Shown here piece by piece: positions 1 to 8,885 of a stretch of 51,476 nucleotides of DNA; positions within the stretch are counted from its first letter, which is position 1; each line of letters begins with the position of its first letter. The notes beneath the pieces are model-generated. The model made no database searches. It had not been told where the DNA came from and was given only the letters and a program-made list of their open reading frames with translations. Source of the DNA: an uncultured bacterium (GTDB taxonomy: Bacteria > SAR324 > NAC60-12); assembly GCA_964010765.1 (NCBI GenBank), contig CAXGMD010000014.1, positions 1 through 51,476 of the forward strand. Direction: 5' to 3'. The position numbers were made by a program, and so were the translations under genes.

Positions 1-68
1 CTTGGGTTAGTTGGATGAAAGGCAGATTTTCCATCAAGCCATCTATGATTCTAATTAGGCTGACTTGT

Positions 69-509
69 TCAGGAACTGTGCTCTTCAGGAGGCTCAGGGA
101 TAGTCTCCCCATTGAGGATCAGAAAATGTTGCATTTCGGCATTTAGTGAAGCAGACACCGCACAGTATTTTTGGTGACCCAAACGAATGGCTCGCCAGAC
201 TCGAGGAGCGTCAATCTCTCCTTCAACATCAAAGGTTACCTGGATTTGGGTGAACTTGGTGGGTAATTCCTCGCAACGTACTCCCTCAGTGCGGATGCGC
301 AGTTTGTTGATCTGGTCGAGATAACGGTTGAGAATCATCGTCACGTCGATTCCGATACATCCAGCAACACCTGCCAGCAGTAACTCCATTGGAGTGAGAC
401 CTTCTCCCTGGCCACCGTACTTCTCTGTGGCATCCATTTCCAGTTTGAAGCCAGATGGACAGGATGAGACAAATTTTCTTTGTTGCAGCCAATTAGTATC
501 GACGATCAT
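69..509 (-). CDS. OsmC/Ohr family protein
   Basis: 146 aa; 'G.TPMELLLAGVAGC' and 'KYCAVS' two-Cys OsmC motifs. Confidence 0.9.
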   Translation of the reverse strand: MIVDTNWLQQRKFVSSCPSGFKLEMDATEKYGGQGEGLTPMELLLAGVAGCIGIDVTMILNRYLDQINKLRIRTEGVRCEELPTKFTQIQVTFDVEGEIDAPRVWRAIRLGHQKYCAVSASLNAEMQHFLILNGETIPEPPEEHSS

Positions 510-654
510 CTCAATTCTCCAGTGTGTAAAACAATTTCAAAAAAAAACAGTCCAACAATTTTGTAGGATTTTTGCTGCAAGTCCAGTGATCGCTGTAATT
601 ACAGAAAGATTTGATTTAATGTCGCTCCTTTTAGAGATCCTTTAGTAAGCACGG

Positions 655-1965
655 ATGCAAATTACTCATCGGCGGATTCTCAACATCGCCATCCCAATCG
701 TTCTAGCCAATATCACCGTACCTCTACTGAGCTTGGTAGATACGGGAGTAGTCGGACAAATTGACTCTCCCATCCCAATTGCAGCTGTGGGGATGGGTGG
801 CTTGATTCTGAGTACAACCTACTGGTTTTTTGGTTTTTTGAGAATGGGCACCACGGGCCTGGCTTCCCAAGCCTTTGGCGCCCAAGACAGTGCCGAGGTG
901 ACTGCGATTTTGACCAGAGTACTGTTGCTTGGTGGAGTCGGTGGGTTATTGATCATTGCTTTGCAGAGTCCTCTGTTCTGGCTTGCCTTCCGGGTCTCTC
1001 CTGCTACAGAGTTGGTGGAGTCCCAGGCGCGATTGTACATGCAGATTCGGGTGCTCAGTGCTCCTGCTGCAGTAGCTCTCTACGGATTGAACGGCTGGTT
1101 GATTGCCCAAGAGCGTACCCGCTCAGTATTGTTACTTCAAATCTGGATGAATGGACTCAACATCCTGTTGGATCTTTGGTTTGTGATGGGCCTAGGCTGG
1201 GGAGTGCAAGGAGTTGCCTGGGCCAGTTTTCTCGCCGAGATCAGTGGGTTACTACTAGGGTTGCTGCTTTGTCGAGACATCTGGCGGGGAAGGGACTGGT
1301 GCAATTGGTCGAGAGTGTTTGATCGACACCTAGTGCTGCGCATGGTGAGTGTCAATCGGGATATCCTACTACGCACCTTGATGCTGCAGTGCATTTTTGT
1401 TTCTTTCCTGTTTGTTGCGGCTGATTTTGGCGAGGTTGAGTTGGCTGCTACACATGTGCTGGAGCAGTTCCTGATGGTTACTGCTTTTGCCTTGGACGGG
1501 TTCGCCTTTGCTGCCGAGACCTTGGTTGGTCAAGCGATTGGTGCGCGCAGTCGGGTGGGGTTACGTCAGAGTGTTTTGATGTCAAGTTACTGGGCCGTAG
1601 GAATCGCATTATTACTGACACTTGTGATTGCCTTGTTTGGGACTTGGACAATCGAGTTGCTCAGCAAGTCTGAGGAAGTAAGGCAAACTGCAGTCAAGTA
1701 TCTTCCGTTTCTCTTGCTCATGCCGATTTTCGGGGTGGCATCTTGGATGTTAGACGGGATCTTCATTGGTGCCACGCAAACCAGAGACATGCGCAATATG
1801 ATGGCTATCAGCCTAGTAATCTATGGAATCGCTTTAATCTCCTTGGTACCGATCTTCGACTTGTTCGGACTGTGGACAGCCTTGCTGATATCACTGATCG
1901 CCCGTGGTGTGACCTTGGGATTGTGCTATCCTAATTTGGAAAAACAAATTTTAGCTGACAACTAA
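655..1965 (+). CDS. MATE family efflux transporter (DinF-like)
   Basis: 436 aa with about 12 hydrophobic segments; 'IPIVLANITVPLLSLVDTGVVG', 'FLRMGTTG', 'LDGIFIGAT' DinF motifs. Confidence 0.9.
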   Translation: MQITHRRILNIAIPIVLANITVPLLSLVDTGVVGQIDSPIPIAAVGMGGLILSTTYWFFGFLRMGTTGLASQAFGAQDSAEVTAILTRVLLLGGVGGLLIIALQSPLFWLAFRVSPATELVESQARLYMQIRVLSAPAAVALYGLNGWLIAQERTRSVLLLQIWMNGLNILLDLWFVMGLGWGVQGVAWASFLAEISGLLLGLLLCRDIWRGRDWCNWSRVFDRHLVLRMVSVNRDILLRTLMLQCIFVSFLFVAADFGEVELAATHVLEQFLMVTAFALDGFAFAAETLVGQAIGARSRVGLRQSVLMSSYWAVGIALLLTLVIALFGTWTIELLSKSEEVRQTAVKYLPFLLLMPIFGVASWMLDGIFIGATQTRDMRNMMAISLVIYGIALISLVPIFDLFGLWTALLISLIARGVTLGLCYPNLEKQILADN

Positions 1966-2178
1966 ACGATTTTGTTGATTTCAGCGAAGCCCAGGTGATA
2001 CTGCAAAATGGCTACTCTGGAACTGAATCGGTCGCATCGCATCCAGATTCCAGTTGATCCACGCCAGCCTAGGATTTAGAGTGTTTTCTTCCAGGAAATG
2101 GTTTTCTACTTGAGTGGATCTCTCCAAACTGTCAGTTCCCTCCTGTTGATCTATCTCAGCATTCTTCTGCTGCGTATT

Positions 2179-3423
2179 TCAGGATGCTTCCTGTTCGACA
2201 GGTTCAACCAGTGGCAGAGTTTTGCTAAAGTGCTGGGCCAACGTTGACGATAGAGTGGAAAGGGCTGCCAATCCAATGAGGACTAGCACTCCACTCTCAA
2301 AATGCTCATAACCTCCAACGCTGACCACCAACGACCCCCCGAAGATGCCAAAACCCATTTGGCCCGCACCAACAATTCCTGATGCGCTTCCTCCCAGCTT
2401 TCCTGCCGCTGCAATCGCACCCATGGTCGCATTAGCGATTACAAAACCTGATGCGAAACCAAATAAGAAACATGGAATCGCAATCAAAGTGGGATGGTAC
2501 CATCCTATAAAGCTTGGCAGCAGCAATGCGCTGGTTGCTATGATCGAAATCAAGCCACCAATCTGCGACATCCTCTCGATTCCAATACGGTGAACAAAGT
2601 TTTTTGTAATCAAATTCCCCAGGGTGTATCCACATGGAATCAACACAAACCAAAAACCCATTTCTGTATTGTCAACGCCAATTCTCTGATATTCAAATGG
2701 AACAAACCCAATCATCGTGAAAAAAATTCCAACACAAAATGAGGAAGCAAGCATGAACGTTAGGAACATCGGATTTGTCAACAGGATCAAATGATCTTGC
2801 ACCAGGCTGCCCAATCGAATTTGTGGAATCGGTCGCAGATTGGTTTCTGGTAAAAAGATGAAATTCAATGCCAGCGGGATTAAGCCTGCGAAGAAGATCC
2901 CAAACATGATCCCTTTCCAACCGATCAGATCACTGATCAGACCACCAAAGGCAAAACTGAAGATTGGCACAATCACCATGATCCCACTGATTGTTGCGAA
3001 GGCTCCGGCCGCTTCCAATCGACCATATGAATCGTTGATGATCGCTCGTATGATCGAGGCAATCGAAGCAGCACCAAGGCCCTGCAGCACGCGGGCAAGT
3101 ACGAGTACCTCAAAAGACTCTGCCGAAGCAGCTAGCAGCCCCCCAAGGGCAAATCCAACTAGGCCAACCAGCAGTGGGCGACGACGCCCATAACGATCGG
3201 AGAGTGGTCCGTAGATCAATTGAGAGACTGCCATCGCAATGAAATAGCCCGAGAGCAGAGACTGCGCAGCAGCTTCATCCACACTGAAGTATTTGGTGAT
3301 CGAGTTGAGTGCCGGTGAAATGATCGTGATTCCAGCAGTGCCACAACCCATGGTGACAACCAGCAGCCAAGTGGCTACTTTACGGGGAACGAGCGGATTC
3401 ACTGATGTTGATTTTGTGAACAA
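2179..3423 (-). CDS. MFS transporter, Bcr/CflA-like drug resistance family
   Basis: Motif A 'GPLSDRYGRRRPL' and 'RVLQGLG'; 12-TM pattern; TTG start. Confidence 0.88.
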   Translation of the reverse strand: MFTKSTSVNPLVPRKVATWLLVVTMGCGTAGITIISPALNSITKYFSVDEAAAQSLLSGYFIAMAVSQLIYGPLSDRYGRRRPLLVGLVGFALGGLLAASAESFEVLVLARVLQGLGAASIASIIRAIINDSYGRLEAAGAFATISGIMVIVPIFSFAFGGLISDLIGWKGIMFGIFFAGLIPLALNFIFLPETNLRPIPQIRLGSLVQDHLILLTNPMFLTFMLASSFCVGIFFTMIGFVPFEYQRIGVDNTEMGFWFVLIPCGYTLGNLITKNFVHRIGIERMSQIGGLISIIATSALLLPSFIGWYHPTLIAIPCFLFGFASGFVIANATMGAIAAAGKLGGSASGIVGAGQMGFGIFGGSLVVSVGGYEHFESGVLVLIGLAALSTLSSTLAQHFSKTLPLVEPVEQEAS

Positions 3424-3464
3424 GTGGTAGAACTCAAGAAAGAAAAGATAGAAAACTGAAAACT

Positions 3465-5915
3465 TCAGGGAAGTTGATTCCTGAAATCAAAGAAACCAGC
3501 ACTGTGCACCCCACCCCAACCGTATTGACGAACTGTTTTATCAAAAACGACGTAGTGTGGAGTCCCTGACCCTGAGTAGATTGGCAGGAAATGGAGGCTG
3601 GTTTTCTCCGCTTCAGTGGTGGTACCTGTAAAGAATGCCAGCATCCGCTCTGGGAATTGAGGATGAGGATACATGATGGATGCTGCCAATTCCCCAACAT
3701 ACTCTTTACCCTCCAGGCGCAGTCCGTTTTCCGTGAACTCAAGGGGAGTGTGAGGCAATAGCTTCTTGATCATTAAATTGGATTTTGGATTGCCCAACAT
3801 CACTAAGTTGAACTCTGATTCGATAGACTCTGTCACTTCAGTATCTGCAATCACTCGCACGGAGCCATTGGCTCTGCGCCAGAATCGAATCGCAATCTGA
3901 TTTGCTCGGTGCAGCAACATTTCCTGCTGATGCGTTCCTCCCTGCGTTCCGTAGACCAACACAAAGGGTCGGAAGAAAACAGACTTCAATGCAGGATACT
4001 TTGTGGCTAATTGCGCTGCTGAATCTGGTTCTGGACCCAATAGCATCGGGGAATCATCCGAGATCGGATAGTGCTGCTGATTCCAAATAATCCGTTGAAT
4101 CGGCAGATTGAGAGCACCCCAGTCAACCTCTATTGCTGATACATTCTCAGTATTCAACAAAATCTTTTCTCCGATCACTTCCACAGAAATTTTCGTCTGC
4201 TGCATTGCTTCTTTTTGTGAAAGAACACGAATCCAATAAAAGGTGTCGTTGATCGAGAGGTCGAAAAGACGAATATTGAATTGCTGAGGATATCGATTAC
4301 GAACCTGTTGTTTCAGAAAGTCCAGCATTTCCATGTTATCAACAGCGTCAGATCCTCCCCCTGAAGAACGTGGTTCATCCCACCAATGACCCTGCTCTGG
4401 CAGTTCTCGGTAGTTGACCACGAATTCTCTGTCCTTCAGGAACTTCTGGAACATTCTTGGATGCAACGGGGGGACTGTACGGTCCTCCGCTCCTTGAGTA
4501 ATCACCACGGGCAGATGCTGGAGGTTTTCCAGAAAGTACAAATTGTTGGAATCCTGCATCACGCGATTCCGAACATTCAACAAGTCTGGAGCTGCAAACA
4601 TCTGGCTTTTCTGCATCGTGAATGGGGAGTAGTGCTGAAAGCCCGTCCACCCAGCCTGGGGTGCCAATGCCGCAAAACGTGAAGGATCGTGCAGGCCAAT
4701 GTGCCAGACTCCCTGCCCCCCCATGGAACTACCTGCTAAATAAACACGATCTGGGTCGATGGGATATTCTTTCATCACTTCTTCAAAAACTTCTTCAAAG
4801 TCGAGGCGTCCCCAGTCCTGCCAATCAAAACCATAGGGCCTGCGGTTTGTGGGAGTGATCACAAACGCCCAATCCTTACTGGAATATTGAGCCGCCAAAT
4901 GGATTGCTTCCACTCCCGCCCCGTGTAATGAAAAGATCACTGCATATTCTTGCTTTGGATCATAGGGTTCCGGATAACGGATGCCGTAGTATTGAACAGA
5001 ACCATCTACCCTGGAAAGAAACGTTTGTTTCAGTGGTTCAGTTCGAGACTTGCGATTCAATTTGATTGGAATTCGTGAAAGCTCTTCTTGCTTGCTGTCT
5101 CCGAGGGTTAGCTCAACAGTAATGAAAGATTCAGAAAATCCAGATAATTCAATTTTCAAAGGAATCTTAATGACACCCAATGGTGGAATTGGTGGGACAT
5201 CATAGATTTTCTCTTTCAGAACTGGGCTGGAATCCAGTTCAATTGTGAGGTCTCGCAACCAACGCTTAGTTGTGTTCAAGATGGGTACAGCCAACAAGAC
5301 TCTCTTTTCCTCCAGATCCAACAGATCGGGTTGGGTTACATCCTCTAGAAAGAGAGCCTTCAGTTCGGTAGGTTCGATCTGAAAGCGAAAAGATCTCTTG
5401 TGCTTTCCAGCAAACTTAACAAGGATTCGGTTAATACCCTTATGCAAAGATACGGCTGTCCGCTGATAGTTCGCATTGTAAGGTTCCCCTTGGTATCCTC
5501 GGCCGTTGACATAAAATCTACCAACTTGCTGAGAACTCACTAGAGCGACCTGATCTGAATCCGCTTGGATTTCCGTATACGCATAGCCCATATTCAAAAG
5601 GCCCACCCCACCCAAGCGGCTGTAAGAAGCATTCCAATCAATCTCCTCATAATTGATTTCAACTCGATCAGAGTCTACAGAGATCTCCTCCCACTTCAGG
5701 ATTCCTTGATCCGCATACTCCGAATAAAACACTTGAGAATCATGGGGAATAATATTTTCCTCGCCTCCATATTTGAGCAAGTGATCGGTTCCACCATCTC
5801 TTGGAGCCGCCATGAAGGGACCCAGTATTTTCCATGAATCAATGAAGAAAGGTTCAGCGGGCCACAATGGATTAGTGGTCAGTAGCCAGAACAAACCAGC
5901 AAATAGAAATTTCAT
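3465..5915 (-). CDS. Secreted alpha/beta-hydrolase (prolyl oligopeptidase/esterase-like) with extra N- and C-terminal domains
   Basis: Signal peptide; 'LHGAG', nucleophile 'GSSMGG', 'QGAED' Asp and 'GHWW' His of a catalytic triad. Confidence 0.8.
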   Translation of the reverse strand: MKFLFAGLFWLLTTNPLWPAEPFFIDSWKILGPFMAAPRDGGTDHLLKYGGEENIIPHDSQVFYSEYADQGILKWEEISVDSDRVEINYEEIDWNASYSRLGGVGLLNMGYAYTEIQADSDQVALVSSQQVGRFYVNGRGYQGEPYNANYQRTAVSLHKGINRILVKFAGKHKRSFRFQIEPTELKALFLEDVTQPDLLDLEEKRVLLAVPILNTTKRWLRDLTIELDSSPVLKEKIYDVPPIPPLGVIKIPLKIELSGFSESFITVELTLGDSKQEELSRIPIKLNRKSRTEPLKQTFLSRVDGSVQYYGIRYPEPYDPKQEYAVIFSLHGAGVEAIHLAAQYSSKDWAFVITPTNRRPYGFDWQDWGRLDFEEVFEEVMKEYPIDPDRVYLAGSSMGGQGVWHIGLHDPSRFAALAPQAGWTGFQHYSPFTMQKSQMFAAPDLLNVRNRVMQDSNNLYFLENLQHLPVVITQGAEDRTVPPLHPRMFQKFLKDREFVVNYRELPEQGHWWDEPRSSGGGSDAVDNMEMLDFLKQQVRNRYPQQFNIRLFDLSINDTFYWIRVLSQKEAMQQTKISVEVIGEKILLNTENVSAIEVDWGALNLPIQRIIWNQQHYPISDDSPMLLGPEPDSAAQLATKYPALKSVFFRPFVLVYGTQGGTHQQEMLLHRANQIAIRFWRRANGSVRVIADTEVTESIESEFNLVMLGNPKSNLMIKKLLPHTPLEFTENGLRLEGKEYVGELAASIMYPHPQFPERMLAFFTGTTTEAEKTSLHFLPIYSGSGTPHYVVFDKTVRQYGWGGVHSAGFFDFRNQLP

Positions 5916-6091
5916 GGCACGAAAAAGTAGGGGAGGATCTTTGCTTTGGAGAGCAAAATTTTTGTTAGGCCGATTTCAGGATGAGCAGAAGTTGGAGCGA
6001 ATGTTCCGTTTTGAAAAGACTAAGTTTTGGATTTGCTAGTCAGAGAAGTTGCAGGAGGAATACTGGGGAGGAAACTGTGCAGGTTATTTCA

Positions 6092-6168
6092 TGGTCGGGG
6101 TGACTGGGTTCGAACCAGCGACCTCTTGTTCCCAAAACAAGCGCGCTACCAGACTGCGCTACACCCCG
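6092..6168 (-). tRNA. tRNA-Pro(TGG)
   Basis: Minus strand reads CGGGGTGTAGCGCAGTCTGGTAGCGCG-CTTGT-TTTGGGA-ACAAG-AGGTCGCTGGTTCGAACCCAGTCACCCCGACCA; cloverleaf with encoded CCA. Confidence 0.97.
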
Positions 6169-6222
6169 CCGCGAAAACCTACCTTTCTATCGTATCTACA
6201 GGGAATGGCAAGAGAAATCTGA

Positions 6223-6642
6223 TCAAATATCTTGGACTGCAATTCCAAATTGGTGGCGGATCATCTGACGAACCAGAAAATCGTTTTCTAAACCTGCAAA
6301 GCGAATTTCAGTACGAATCTTATCCCGTATGTAGCGCAGTTCCTGCTCCGTGGTACTCAAGGAGATGTCTTGCTTCAAGTTCACACCCACTAGATTATTG
6401 AGTACATTCCTGCGCAAGCGTCGCTTGACGAGCTGAATTTCTTCAGTCTGGTAGACATTAAGGGTAGCTTCAATCTCAGACTGATTGTAACCCATCAGCG
6501 AGAGTTTTACCCACTGAGAGAAGATGTTTCCTGGTGTGTTGATATTGTCCTGAGCGATTCCTCCAACAGGTAGCACCGTCGTCAGTACAACTCCGGTTCC
6601 CAGAACAAGCAGCGATTTCTTAATCAATTTTCGCAATGACAT
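6223..6642 (-). CDS. Hypothetical exported protein
   Basis: Start placed at MSLRKL (6642) after GGAG-like RBS; basic N-terminus plus hydrophobic stretch resembles a signal peptide; no family recognised. Confidence 0.7.
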   Translation of the reverse strand: MSLRKLIKKSLLVLGTGVVLTTVLPVGGIAQDNINTPGNIFSQWVKLSLMGYNQSEIEATLNVYQTEEIQLVKRRLRRNVLNNLVGVNLKQDISLSTTEQELRYIRDKIRTEIRFAGLENDFLVRQMIRHQFGIAVQDI

Positions 6643-6683
6643 AGGTGCCCTTTCTCCAAAAAAGACAATTATTTCTAGAATCA

Positions 6684-6710
6684 TTATCGGCAGATTGATT
6701 TAGAACTTTA
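6684..6710 (-). promoter_or_regulatory. Putative sigma28 (FliA) promoter
   Basis: Minus strand TAAA-gttctaaatcaatct(15 nt)-GCCGATAA matches the TAAA-N15-GCCGATAA consensus. Confidence 0.7.
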
Positions 6711-6803
6711 GCTCTTTCTTAAAGCTTCTTTGTTTCTAATCAGCTTTGGAACAATCCTTGTTTTCCAGAAATCCTCTCACTCACTGCTTTTCATGGATAG
6801 CGT

Positions 6804-7241
6804 ATGCGACGCTTGTTGTTCAGTTGCTGGTTGCTATTGATTCCTCTAGGGGCATTTGCGCTGCCACTGCAAACTGCGATTCTCAGCCCTAGTGAAGAAG
6901 AAGTTGGCACCGCACTGATCTTCATCGACTACGTAGAACTGCTTGATCCCAGCAAAAGGAAAATGGGAAAGATCGCCTACGCAATGCGAGAAGGTTCTTT
7001 TGAAATGCTACTGGTAAAAGAGGATGAGGAGAAGTCTATTACTGGCCGAGCCACGAATCGAAGATTGTACAATGAAGCAGGAGAACTGGTTGCCCTTTAC
7101 GATTGGACTTCGTTTTGGGTCTATGTTTATAGCACGAATGGCAAGCAGCTTGGAAAAGCCAAATGTATAGCCTTCCGTGGGATTTGTGCAGCTGGTGTGG
7201 CGGGTTATCTGAGCGGTCTGTTAGGTCCTCCCTCCTTTTAA
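6804..7241 (+). CDS. Hypothetical exported protein
   Basis: 145 aa ORF with signal peptide ending 'AFA'; no family recognised. Confidence 0.7.
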   Translation: MRRLLFSCWLLLIPLGAFALPLQTAILSPSEEEVGTALIFIDYVELLDPSKRKMGKIAYAMREGSFEMLLVKEDEEKSITGRATNRRLYNEAGELVALYDWTSFWVYVYSTNGKQLGKAKCIAFRGICAAGVAGYLSGLLGPPSF

Positions 7242-7248
7242 GCCAAAT

Positions 7249-7698
7249 TTATTCTTCAAAGCGTCTCAGCCAATCTCCCAAACTCTCGCGAATTTCATCA
7301 ACGCAAAGCCCTTCTTTTACCTCAACGCCAGCGTTTCTCATGATCGAAATACCTGCTCCGTTGACTCTTGGGTGAGGATCTTTGATACCGACCACCACAT
7401 GACGGATGCCAACCTCAGAGATCGTTTCTGCACAAGCAGGAGTTCGTCCTACGAACGAACAGGGTTCCAACGTGCAGTACAGGGTTAGCTTGCTAAAATC
7501 CAACCCCAACTCCTGTGCTTGATGAATCGCATGGGCTTCAGCGTGATGCTGTCCAGGGGGATGAGTCCAGCCTTTGACAAGTAGTTGGTTCTTCTCAACC
7601 AAGACGCAGCCTACGTGGGGATTATCTCCTGTCTTGCCTCGAACCGTTTCCCCAAGTTGAATCGCTTGCTGCATCCAGTATTCATCAGGCAGCGGCAT
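7249..7698 (-). CDS. Stand-alone RibD-type pyrimidine deaminase domain
   Basis: 'NPHVGCV', 'HAE', '[14 protein letters not shown]', '[10 protein letters not shown]'; no reductase domain; ATG at 7698 overlaps the fcl stop. Confidence 0.85.
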   Translation of the reverse strand: MPLPDEYWMQQAIQLGETVRGKTGDNPHVGCVLVEKNQLLVKGWTHPPGQHHAEAHAIHQAQELGLDFSKLTLYCTLEPCSFVGRTPACAETISEVGIRHVVVGIKDPHPRVNGAGISIMRNAGVEVKEGLCVDEIRESLGDWLRRFEE

Positions 7699-8620
7699 AT
7701 TCCTCACAGTACCAGCGATAAACCTGCTGTAAGCCCTCACGCAGTGTGATCTTGGGTTGCCATCCCAGTGATTTGAGTCGACTTACATCCAAAACCTTGC
7801 GAGGAGTGCCATCTGGCCGTGTTGGATCAAAACGTAGCTTCCCATGATACCCGACCACCTCACAGATAGTCTCTGCTAATTCTTTGATGGTCTGGTCTTC
7901 ACCCCAGCCAATGTTCACCAACTCTCCGTCGTCGTAATGTAACATCAAGTGTAAGCATGCCTCTGCCAATTCATCCGAAAGAAGAAACTCTCTTCTTGGA
8001 GTCCCCGTACCCCAGACAACTACTTCTGGCAAGGACTTCACTTTGGCTTCATGAATTCTTCGGATCAGTGCAGGCAGTACATGGGAATTTTCCGGATGAA
8101 AGTTGTCGTGAACACCATAAAGATTCGTGGGCATCACACTCAGAAACTTGGTTCCATGCTGTCGATTGAAGCTCTGGCAAAGTTCAATGCCAGCGATCTT
8201 GGCCAAGGCATAAGCTCGGTTCGTGCTCTCCAGCGGCCCTGTCAAGAAATAATCCTCTTGAATTGGTTGTGGGCAGTCTCTTGGATAGATGCAGGAACTT
8301 CCTAGAAACAACAGCTTCTTCACCTGAACTCGCCAGGCATTCTGCAAAACGTGATTCTGAATCTGTAAGTTTTCATACAGGAAATCAGCCGGATAAGTAT
8401 TATTGGCGTGAATGCCACCGACTCGAGCTGCTGCTAAAAACACATACTCAGGATTCTCCTTTGAGAAAAACTCCTCTACTGCCTCTGCATTCAGAAGGTC
8501 CAGTTCTGCTCGTGTTCTCACAATCAAATTACTGTACCCATGGCGGCTCAAAGTTCGCTGAATGGCAGAGCCGACTAATCCTCGATGACCTGCAATATAG
8601 ATTTTAGATTCTTTATTCAT
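7685..8620 (-). CDS. fcl: GDP-L-fucose synthase
   Basis: '[10 protein letters not shown]', 'AAARVGGI', 'LGSSCIYP', 'YALAK', '[10 protein letters not shown]'. Confidence 0.95.
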   Translation of the reverse strand: MNKESKIYIAGHRGLVGSAIQRTLSRHGYSNLIVRTRAELDLLNAEAVEEFFSKENPEYVFLAAARVGGIHANNTYPADFLYENLQIQNHVLQNAWRVQVKKLLFLGSSCIYPRDCPQPIQEDYFLTGPLESTNRAYALAKIAGIELCQSFNRQHGTKFLSVMPTNLYGVHDNFHPENSHVLPALIRRIHEAKVKSLPEVVVWGTGTPRREFLLSDELAEACLHLMLHYDDGELVNIGWGEDQTIKELAETICEVVGYHGKLRFDPTRPDGTPRKVLDVSRLKSLGWQPKITLREGLQQVYRWYCEEYAAA

Positions 8621-8885
8621 TTTTAGTTTTGTCTAATTTCAGTCATTCACATCTTCAAACGTTCAAAGTTGCAACATCAAAGATATTGCAACAACAGAAC
8701 AACTTCAAAAAAACAACTACATTTGGATAATCTAAATTATAAAACTAAAAAAAATAACTTTTAACATATTTCTTACTTGAAATTTAGTAATTGCCCGTTA
8801 TGGTTGATGTTGCCTCGGGGATGACACCGGAGGGAGCGGGTTGGGCAACAGCTGGTTCACTCTGAAGACAGGATGTCCGTCGATG

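Noticed and set aside
1965..2130. Faint resemblance to an IS5-family transposase C-terminus (QVENHFL...WRG...RCDR across frames)
   Set aside because: Needs a frameshift, similarity is too weak, and no terminal inverted repeats were seen
6092..6168. tRNA-Pro or tRNA-Arg as integration sites for an island
   Set aside because: No integrase and no duplicated tRNA 3' end found in the window; sequence beyond tRNA-Arg is not visible
6027..6401. 124-aa plus-strand ORF
   Set aside because: It runs antisense through tRNA-Pro and the neighbouring CDS
8700..8790. Possible oriC (AT-rich, with TTATCCAAA on the minus strand)
   Set aside because: Only one imperfect DnaA box and no dnaA/gidA context
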